Positions 27,177 through 35,600 of a DNA stretch of 64,000 bases are shown in pieces (position 1 is the stretch's first letter; the number at the start of each line of letters is the position of its first letter). Source of the DNA: Candidatus Omnitrophota bacterium (GTDB taxonomy: Bacteria; Omnitrophota; Gorgyraeia; B26-G9). A model generated the notes under the pieces. It did not search any database. It was given only the letters and a program-made list of their open reading frames with translations, and had not been told where the DNA came from. The stretch lies in contig JAZDHZ010000034.1 in NCBI GenBank assembly GCA_043805415.1, forward strand, positions 101,478 through 165,477. Direction: 5' to 3'. The translations under genes were made by a program, and so were the position numbers.

Positions 27177-27258
27177 AGGGATACGAAGACCAGAATCGCC
27201 TTATCCCCTAAGGTGATTATTGGCCCCTACTTCCCCTGTCTTCGTATCCCTATTTTTT
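27177..27258 (+). promoter_or_regulatory. structured 5'-leader element, copy 2
   Basis: AGGGAUACGAAGAC (27177-90) pairs perfectly with GUCUUCGUAUCCCU (27238-51). Inner 14-bp hairpin 27190-27223 with apical CCUUA-UCCCC-UAAGG, unpaired CCCCUACUUCCCCU, then U6. The AAGGAAGG ribosome-binding site follows at 27263-70. Confidence 0.65.
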
Positions 27259-27274
27259 AAAAAGGAAGGTTTAA

Positions 27275-28969
27275 ATGCATTGTATTTTTTTAAAAAACTT
27301 AGCAAGAGGATTGTTAGTTAATACTGGTTTGCTTGGTTTGCTGGTATTAGCGCAGCTGGTATTACCAGCAAGTTATTTGCACGCGCAGCAAAGCACTAGT
27401 TTTCTCAGCACCAAGATAGAAACATTGGAAGGCCCGAAGCTAAAGAAAACCGCCAAAGTAGAGCAAGTACTGAGGAACCTGGATATTCCCGCGGAATTAG
27501 GGTTTATTAAAGAAATCCACGTGCCCAAGACTCCGACAGAAAAAATGATCATCAATATCCAGGATCTGCATTGTAATTATAAAGCCCAGAAAAACATAGC
27601 CGGCATACTTGAATATTTAACCCAGACCTATGGCTTAAAACTAATCAGCGTAGAAGGCGGATCCGGGAAAATTGATACCAGTTTTTATCAGGATTTACCG
27701 GATGAAAAAATCAAAGAACAAGTCGCGGATTATTTTTTACGCGAAGCCAGAATAAACGGCACAGAATACTTTGCCATTACCACTGATCGGTTGATCCGCT
27801 TATATGGAGCGGAAGATGAAAAATACTATGATAAAAACCTGGACGCGTTTATGCGGGCCCTGCCGGCAAGGGAAATTATTCTGGAGACAATCGCTGTATT
27901 AGAAAATGATCTGAACATTCTAAAAAACAAAAGCTATAATAAAAAGCTCAGAGAACTTGATGATCATATCGTGGCCTATGACAATGGAGAAATGGGATTT
28001 GAAGACTATATCCAATACATATCCAGATTATCCGCGGAACAAAACGTAAAGCAGGAATTTGACCAGGTAAACCAGCTGGTAGAAAGCATTAAATTCAAAG
28101 ACTCGATAAGCATAGAAAAAGCCGAAGCCCAGAGAAAAGAACTGATTGATCATCTGACCAGTAATTTGTCTCGATACGAGATGGAAGAATTTTTAAAAGC
28201 AACCGTAGAATATAAAGCAAAAACCATGGACAATCTGACCTATCACAGCACCTTGCAGAAACTATACAATCAAATGGATAAAAAGAGCCTGACTTTAGAT
28301 CGGAAATGGCCGGATTTAAATGGATACATTGAATACTTAAAAAGACATGAGACCTTGGATAAATTCGCTTTATTTACCCAGATCGACAAACTAGTGGAAC
28401 GGATAAAAAACAGTTTATATACCAGCTATACGCAAAAGACATTAGATTATAATTTAAAGATCGTCAGACTAGCCAGAAGCTTATTTTCCACCAAGCTGCT
28501 GAATAAAGATCTAACTTTAGTCAGCAAATACCACACAGACTTTAATGCTAAAAAGATGAAGACATATATTCAAAAAGAAGCCAAGCGGTTAAAGCTTGAT
28601 TTAGCTATACCGGATGATGAGCGGTTAAAGCAAATGGAAGAGACTTTACCGGCAGTAGAAGATTTTTATCGCTATGCTTCGAAGCGCAATGATATCCTGG
28701 CCAATAATACTTTGGACGGCATGGCTAAAGAAAACGAAGACATCGGAATCCTGATCACCGGAGGATTTCATACTGATGGTATAACCGATTACTTAAAAGA
28801 CAAAAGAATAACTTATATTGTAATCGTGCCCAAGATCGAAGAGCTGGAAACAGATGATACCCGCTATATTAATGCTTTGCAGGGCAAGAAAACGCCGTTT
28901 GAGGAAATGATTGAAAAAGAAGATAAATCAGCAGTAACTCCAGAAACTGCTGATTCAGCAACCCCTTGA
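27275..28969 (+). CDS. secreted hypothetical protein (possible Tiki/TraB/ChaN-like fold)
   Basis: Signal-like 'LLVNTGLLGLLVLAQLVLPASYLHA' and a weak N-box 'SFLSTKIETL', but the tail 'DSATP' is not the family tail. 'IINIQDLHCNY...ISVEGG' and 'ILITGGFHTDG' weakly recall GxxH-type Tiki/ChaN motifs. Confidence 0.65.
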   Translation: MHCIFLKNLARGLLVNTGLLGLLVLAQLVLPASYLHAQQSTSFLSTKIETLEGPKLKKTAKVEQVLRNLDIPAELGFIKEIHVPKTPTEKMIINIQDLHCNYKAQKNIAGILEYLTQTYGLKLISVEGGSGKIDTSFYQDLPDEKIKEQVADYFLREARINGTEYFAITTDRLIRLYGAEDEKYYDKNLDAFMRALPAREIILETIAVLENDLNILKNKSYNKKLRELDDHIVAYDNGEMGFEDYIQYISRLSAEQNVKQEFDQVNQLVESIKFKDSISIEKAEAQRKELIDHLTSNLSRYEMEEFLKATVEYKAKTMDNLTYHSTLQKLYNQMDKKSLTLDRKWPDLNGYIEYLKRHETLDKFALFTQIDKLVERIKNSLYTSYTQKTLDYNLKIVRLARSLFSTKLLNKDLTLVSKYHTDFNAKKMKTYIQKEAKRLKLDLAIPDDERLKQMEETLPAVEDFYRYASKRNDILANNTLDGMAKENEDIGILITGGFHTDGITDYLKDKRITYIVIVPKIEELETDDTRYINALQGKKTPFEEMIEKEDKSAVTPETADSATP

Positions 28970-29064
28970 TTTATTTTTTAAGGCTTATGAATATATCTTT
29001 ATATTTAGCAGTAAGTTAAGCGTTTTAAGCTAAAGAGTAAATACTGGCGGGAAATTTAATAATG

Positions 29065-29073
29065 TGGTATAAT
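29065..29073 (+). promoter_or_regulatory. extended -10 element upstream of the 29258 gene
   Basis: TGgTATAAT. No good -35 at 17-nt spacing. A second TATAAT lies at 29096-29101. Confidence 0.45.
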
Positions 29074-29257
29074 TTACCAGCTTTTTTACGGTTTTATAAT
29101 AGTGCAAGTAATTGAATATTAAAAATTAACAGCATTTTATTGCTGAAATAGTGATTATTTTATATTGCTACTTGTAGTGATTCTAAAAAAAAATAGAATG
29201 ACGAAAAGGTAGTGATTTATTCATTTTTATTTATTTACTTACCAAAAGCAAGGGAAA

Positions 29258-32200
29258 ATGAATTATAAACAGAAATCAAAATTCAGGCTGATATTTAGAG
29301 TCATTGCCAGCGTGCTTTTACAGGCATTTTTATTTACAAATTTTGCCTGGTGCGGTGCTGATCAGTTTATTCAAGGCAATACTGTTTGCGCGCCGGCAAT
29401 TAGCAGTACAACTATTTCTCCCGCGATCCAAGTCACTGAAGCTTCAATTCAAACTCTTTTTGTTCAATCCGCCGCGTTCCAAATGGGCAAAAGAGCAGAG
29501 TTTAAAGGCCTTGATTCTTTAAAGCAGGCAGAAGTGGAAAATGCTTTAGGCGATAAATTTAGTTTAAGCCTGAATCTAAAAGGAAAGCTAAACACCGCGT
29601 CAGTTATTCAAAATATCGAAAAAAGAACAGATATCAAAGCGGATTATAAGAAGATCCTAAACGCGATGATCCTTGAATTCGGCAAACTGGATGTTAAGTT
29701 CTATTCATATGAGACATTAGTTGAGGACTTGTTCGGGTTTGCTTCTGCTGGCAATAAGATGATCGCGATTCATTCCTCGGTATTCAGTAATCCGATTGCT
29801 CAGACGCATGAAATCGGGGAATTCTTAGCGCAAGCAGGAATGCTGAATTTTTCGCTTGGCCAGGATGACCAGCTATTGATCAGCTTAAATGGCAGTTTAA
29901 TCGGCAGGATAAAATTATCGGAAGATGCTTTGGCAATCGCGAAGAAAGATCCGTCCAGTAACCATTATTTGCTGCGGGCTTTTCAACGGGAGGTTTTTCA
30001 GGATAAGGATCGGGCTTTAACCGCTGGGATTAAAAACAAGCAGGGGGATTTATCTTCCGCGATGAAAATTTTTCTTAAAACCATAAATGCTGAGACTGGA
30101 AACAAAGTTGAAGCAAGTATGTCTTTGTCTAAACTTAATGACCCGATGTTCGAGGCGCTGTTTAAAGATATTGAGTTTAATCGGTTTTCCGAAAACGATG
30201 CGGCAAAATTAAAGATAGCGATACTATTGCAGAATAACATTGCTATTGAGCCTATTGCTGAACCCTTGCTTCAAGAGTGCGGGATGCTGAATAAGGAATC
30301 CGCTGATCTTTATGAAACCATATTCCCGGCTGCGGGAACTCCTGGTTTTAGCCCAAAAAAATTATTCGCGAAAGAAAATGTTAATCCGGATAATCTGCAT
30401 CTTATCTTTGAATTAGCTAAGCGCTATAGTCCGATTAAAGCGTTTAGCGATAAGTTAGACAGAATCTACCGCGAGCTTGCCTTATACACATTGCCGGTAA
30501 GTCCGGGAGCAAGATATCATATATCTTTGCTTAAAGATCTAAACAGTATTTTATTGTCCGGAGGACGGATTAAAGAATCAAAGCACTCGCTTAGCGGTCA
30601 GGGTGTTTATTTCTTTGAAATGGGAAATTCCGGCTTAGTCAATGCGCAGACACGCTTAGCTGAGTTTTTCCCTTTTATCTCCAGCTCGCCGCATGATCTG
30701 GCAGATGCGGATTATGTGGTTAAGGCGTTCAGGCAAAAGATTGCCCGAGACGCGAAAGATAATGCCCGGATATTCCCGGTTGTAATCCAGGTTGCTGAGG
30801 ATATCCCGGCTGAAGCTGCGATGGGCTGGGCTTTTCGTGAGGATTATAAAAAGGCGGGAAAGCTTATCCGCGATGAACTTAATGCCCAAGAGTATGAATT
30901 TTTAATCAACCTGAATTATTTATATCTTAGCGAGAACCAAGCGGTTAAAAACCATTTGCTCGCGAAAAATATTATTAGAGAAGAAAACGGGATAATCAGG
31001 CTGGTTGATGCTTCGCGGGCGATTCAGGATGAAAACAAAAAGAATACGGGTTGGGCCAGAATGAGATTTGCTGACTTGCGTTATGAAGTGATCAATCTTT
31101 CCTACACAAAGCTGGATAGTGATATCCAGAAGCTTAGCGCCAAGATGGCTCAATTACTCCAGAATCTTCTCGCTGATAAAATGAGCGTATCTTCGGTTGT
31201 GGATACAGGCTCATCAAATCGCGGGCTTACTGTGGAAAATCCGGATTTTGATTTTCTGATTAAAATTAATTCCCCAGAGGATTTTACGGCAATTGTTAAG
31301 CTGCTGCTTGATGAAAAAATATTAGAAAATTTTCTCAAGGAGCATAAAGCTGCTTTTGAAGCGATCTATGGCGATAAGTCCGTGAGTATTGTCACCGAAC
31401 AGCCGCATGCCGTAGGCAAAGGCAATTTATATTTGTTTCCGTTTAAATTTGTCGCGGCTAACCGGATTGTCGGCGGGGTTGATTTTAATTTTTCCAAGCT
31501 TTCAGCGGGAAAAGCCGAGACTTTGAGCTATCACGAGACAGCGCGGCAGCAGCTGCAAGCCATACTGGATAAAGTTCCCGAAGCAGAACAAAAACAGCTT
31601 TCCCGCTATCTTGCCGGAGAAATTAAAACCCTTAAAAAATTAATTATAAATCAGGGTTTATATAAAGATAAGGATACAAAACGAAATAGATTTATCGGCG
31701 TGGCAGTAGAACAAATGATCTACAATCTCAGCGATTATCTGTCTATGCCAAGCAATATTTCCACTGCTGAAATTAAGAGCATATTTTCAATAAAAACCGC
31801 GCTTTATTTAATCAGCCGGATGGAAAGCGAAAGATTAAATGGTCTGTCATTTTCTCTGTATCAAAGAGCAAATGGAAGCGGGTTTTCTAATCAATCGGTA
31901 AAATACGATTTAAGGGATAATGAAAAATCAGTTATCCCTAAAGTTGGGACGGCTTTTGCCGGTTTTAAAGAGTTTTCAGAAGCGGAAAATGCCGGAGTGA
32001 AAAATAAAATTAAAGGATTAATAACTGATTTTATTAGCCGGCCGGGGAATAAGGTAAAAATTATTGAGTTTTTTGCCAGGTACAATAATGAAGTTGACGC
32101 GGCGATTGCTTTAGGTCAGGCGAAACCTTTTAGTAACTGGGAATTTTTTGAAAGATGGGAATTCACGCACCGGTTTTTTACTCTGCATAAAACAGAGATT

Positions 32201-32560
32201 GATATATTCGCGATAGATAAGACTGATATGTCTCAGGACGCGAAGCTGAAAATAGCGGAAATGATCAACGGATTAAAAGCCGGGATAACTGAGTCAATGG
32301 GTGTGAGTGAAGATAAAATTACCGGTCGGGAAATCACGCGGTGGTTTAAAACTCCTTCTTCGCGGAATAAGCAGCTGAGAGATTTTTATTTTCAATATGG
32401 GGCAATAACAGCAGAACCTATATCCATCCTGGGTTTTGCTGGGTTTTTAATGAATATTCCGGCATTGCGTTCGGCAGCTGATGCTGAGCGAAAAGCGGCG
32501 CCTTTAAGCGGTATTATAAACCGCAAGCCGCTCGAACAATTAGTCGGACAGTCAATATGA
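29258..32560 (+). CDS. terminal-signature family protein with PARP-like ADP-ribosyltransferase motif and Pol-beta-type nucleotidyltransferase motif
   Basis: Leader 'MNYKQKSKFRLIFRVIASVLLQAFLFTNFAWC', N-box 'TISPAIQVTEASIQTLF', tail 'GQSI-stop'. Internal 'YHIS..LNSILLSGGRI...SGQGVYFFEM' and 'DTGSSNRGLTVENPDFDFLI'. Confidence 0.85.
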   Translation: MNYKQKSKFRLIFRVIASVLLQAFLFTNFAWCGADQFIQGNTVCAPAISSTTISPAIQVTEASIQTLFVQSAAFQMGKRAEFKGLDSLKQAEVENALGDKFSLSLNLKGKLNTASVIQNIEKRTDIKADYKKILNAMILEFGKLDVKFYSYETLVEDLFGFASAGNKMIAIHSSVFSNPIAQTHEIGEFLAQAGMLNFSLGQDDQLLISLNGSLIGRIKLSEDALAIAKKDPSSNHYLLRAFQREVFQDKDRALTAGIKNKQGDLSSAMKIFLKTINAETGNKVEASMSLSKLNDPMFEALFKDIEFNRFSENDAAKLKIAILLQNNIAIEPIAEPLLQECGMLNKESADLYETIFPAAGTPGFSPKKLFAKENVNPDNLHLIFELAKRYSPIKAFSDKLDRIYRELALYTLPVSPGARYHISLLKDLNSILLSGGRIKESKHSLSGQGVYFFEMGNSGLVNAQTRLAEFFPFISSSPHDLADADYVVKAFRQKIARDAKDNARIFPVVIQVAEDIPAEAAMGWAFREDYKKAGKLIRDELNAQEYEFLINLNYLYLSENQAVKNHLLAKNIIREENGIIRLVDASRAIQDENKKNTGWARMRFADLRYEVINLSYTKLDSDIQKLSAKMAQLLQNLLADKMSVSSVVDTGSSNRGLTVENPDFDFLIKINSPEDFTAIVKLLLDEKILENFLKEHKAAFEAIYGDKSVSIVTEQPHAVGKGNLYLFPFKFVAANRIVGGVDFNFSKLSAGKAETLSYHETARQQLQAILDKVPEAEQKQLSRYLAGEIKTLKKLIINQGLYKDKDTKRNRFIGVAVEQMIYNLSDYLSMPSNISTAEIKSIFSIKTALYLISRMESERLNGLSFSLYQRANGSGFSNQSVKYDLRDNEKSVIPKVGTAFAGFKEFSEAENAGVKNKIKGLITDFISRPGNKVKIIEFFARYNNEVDAAIALGQAKPFSNWEFFERWEFTHRFFTLHKTEIDIFAIDKTDMSQDAKLKIAEMINGLKAGITESMGVSEDKITGREITRWFKTPSSRNKQLRDFYFQYGAITAEPISILGFAGFLMNIPALRSAADAERKAAPLSGIINRKPLEQLVGQSI
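30509..30640 (+). other. PARP/H-Y-E-clade ADP-ribosyltransferase-like signature
   Basis: 'ARYHISLLKDLNSILLSGGRIKESKHSLSGQGVYFFEMGNS' parallels the PARP1 sequence '[20 protein letters not shown]...GKGIYFADMVSKS'. This is pattern recall, not a search. Confidence 0.4.
31190..31265 (+). other. Pol-beta superfamily nucleotidyltransferase signature (GS-x9-12-DxD)
   Basis: 'VVDTGSSNRGLTVENPDFDFLIK'. Confidence 0.45.
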
Positions 32561-32602
32561 ATATTCTCTAGGGCAATATGATTGGGTAAATGGAACAAGA
32601 TA

Positions 32603-35600
32603 ATGAATTATAAAAAATCAAAATTCAGGCTAATCTTTAGAATAATCTCATTAGTGCTTATCCAGGCATTTCTGGTGCTTGATTTTGCCTGGGCAATAGG
32701 CGGAGAATTTCCTATTGCTGATAAAATTTCTCAGGCTGCTACGCTTGCCCCGAAAATTAGTTTAAACACTCAGGAAGTCTGGGATGCTTATGTTTACAGT
32801 TCGCAAAATTCAGCTAAGATCAATGAACTTTCCTTACCTTCTGATCAGCCGATGGTTAATATTCCCAACCAATCTCCCCTGATCAGCCGGAGAGCGTTTT
32901 TCAAAACTGTTGGGCAAAAGGTTATTGGGGCTGCCGCGGTATTAACCGGAGCGGATCTGATATTGTCGGCGCCGGCAGAAGCCAGAGACTTAACCGTGGC
33001 TTTAAGCGATTTAGTGATCAATTTTGATAAAGGGGTTGCTGAAGCGGAGTTAAATAAATATATCGCGATTATTGAAGCTCAGGGTTTTAAAGAGTTATAC
33101 AGTTTAGAAAAAAAACAAGCGCAGACATTAATCAGAATTAAGGGGTTATTCCCGCTGAACGCGGAAAAATTATCTTACGCGCTTAATGCTCAGGCTAAAG
33201 CCAGAGGTCTGGCCAAAGGGTTTGTGGTCACAGCTAGTGACGCGAGCTGGAAGCAATCGCTTACTTATCGGAGCATGCAGGCTTTTGCGAATAAAGTAGC
33301 GCGTCTTTCAGCCAGCCTGGGATTCGGGGAGATCGATTCTCCGCAGCTTATTGGGCTTTATGAGGGGATTACCTGGGTTGAGAGTAAATTTAACCAATGG
33401 GAAACCGATGCCCAGGGCAGAATCAGACCAGTAAGGTCATATACCAATGCTATCGGAGTTACCCAGGTTATAGAATCTCAGGCTGTTAAGCAGATTGCCA
33501 GGTGGATAGTAACGCATAAGGGTGGAATATCCCGCTACGCGGAAATCATGAATGAGCTGGAAAGAATGATTTCCTCTGATAGTGAAAAGCTAAAGAAATC
33601 ACTCAAGGCGAATAAGAAATTCGGGGAAGAAGCCGAAGCCCTGAAACAGTTTAATGTCTATGCTGATTTCGCGGCTTATAAAAATGCCGGATCAGATATT
33701 GAAAAACAAAAACAGATAATTCAACGAATTCACAGAAAGATCAATAGTAATCCTAAGCTTATCGGCGTGAATTTATATTACGCGCTTGCTGTTTGGCAGT
33801 ATTTACAAAACAGGAATAATCTGCGAGCGGGAGTTACCGCTGAGCTTGCCGAATCAATGGGGCAAACCGGACAAGGGCTGACCAGAAAAAATCTTCCGCT
33901 TATTGAATCCGGTTCCGGGGCATATCAGCCAATGGATCTGGAAAAAGCCGGCTTGCAGTTTGAGAGTGATTATTTCCGCTTAAATCTGCTTTATCAAATG
34001 ATTAATCCCGAGAAGATTGCTGAGCTTTTGCAAGGCGCGGAAAGTAAAATATTAGTCAACACCATGGAATACTTATCGCGGCAGATGATGACAAAAATAG
34101 GCAACCAAAAGCTTGGCTATACTTATCTTACGCTGAACTGGGATCGATACCGCCGCCTGGAACTAAGGAAAAATAAAAATAATCAATATGAGTTTACCGA
34201 AAGGCCTTTAAGTTATTTTCAAAATAAGCCTAATGGTTTTTCCGTGAGTCTTGCCGCGGCAGCTTCATATAATTCCGGGACTGGCAGTGTGGACGATGCT
34301 TTGCTGAATTTTGGTAATGCCGTAGACGCGAATAATCTTCCCTTATGGATTAAAAATATGATCGGAGCCAATCCCCAAAATATTCGGGAGCCGATAAATT
34401 ATTTAAGGGTTTTTCTGGAAGATAAGTTTAATAATACCGGAGATCTCTCGGCCCAAGAGCAAAAAATTAAAAACGAGCTTATTGCCGAACGCTATAAACG
34501 CGTTTATAAAATCCAAGACCGATTGCTGGAAAAAAGAGCTTTAATCCACAAAAACAAGGTTCGGATATACGCGGCTTATCGGCGCGATGATGGTTTTGAT
34601 TATAAGCTGGCTGCCTGGGTTGCCCAGATCGCGGGCAGTGATTATGTGGATAGTTTTTTAAGAACCCATGGATTGGATAAAAAATGGCAAGAGGAAATTC
34701 TTAAATCTTCCCAGACACTTGATATTTTAGCACCGGCTTTGGCAGATGTGAATTCGCCGGGATATGCTGCCGCGGTAAATATCCGGCGGTATTTAGATTC
34801 AAAACAGCTGGCTTCTTTGGCTAAGCGGCAAGAAGCCTTTAAGTCTAAAGAACAGGCCCGGATCGCGAGAATTGAACTGGCTAAACAAATATCTAAGGAA
34901 AAACAATGGCAGAAAACCCTGGAGGGAATGACCAGCTGGGCAATGCGTTCCACGGTCGGGGTTGCTTCGCTTGGCGCGGCCGGCGCGATTGCCTGGATTA
35001 TAAACCGCAGGGTCAAGCTGGGTAAAAAACCAGTGCCTTCGCTTATCTATCGGCTGCCATTGCAGGGTTTTTGGATTCTGGGATTTGTTACTGTCCGGCT
35101 GTTCGCGATAGTTGGAAAAATTCTGTTTGGAACCGGTAAATATGTATTCAGCTTTTTTGCTAAAGCAAAACCGCGGATAAATAAACCAAGAAGCGCGCTT
35201 CTTGCCGATCAAAAGGTAGTTAGAAATAACCGGGTTAAACAAGCGGAAAACAGATATAAAAATAAGAACCGCTTTTTTTCAATAGCTAATTTAAAAAAAC
35301 TGATTCTGGGATCAATCTTACTGGCAATAATTGCCTGGCCTTTTGCTTCCCCGGCTTTTTCTCACGCGTCGCAAAAGCAGGCACAAGCTCCTCCGGCAAT
35401 TAGTTTAAGCCAAGAATTTAAAAAAGGCTTAATTGAAATCAGTAAGAAAAGTGACCATAAGCAGCTGAATGCTCAGGGCGAGCTTACCACAATAAAAGCT
35501 AATTTAAAAAAGAATCTTGAATTCAGCAATAGCAAAGCCCGGGAAAGGGTAGAGCAGATCAATCAGTTAGCGGAAAGAAATTGGCAAAAAGCGTATGTTA

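Noticed and set aside
32582-32602. TTG start at 32582 for the 2,986-aa ORF.
   Set aside because: ATG 32603 gives 'MNYKKSKFRLIF', which is nearly identical in nucleotide and protein sequence to the start of the neighbouring 29258 gene.
34642-35242. Minus-strand ORFs of 124 and 147 aa inside the giant gene. Similar antisense ORFs occur elsewhere, for example 21046-21495 in smc, 50062-50529, and 59696-60025.
   Set aside because: They lie entirely within well-supported + strand genes. They have low-complexity composition and no start context. I treat them as spurious.
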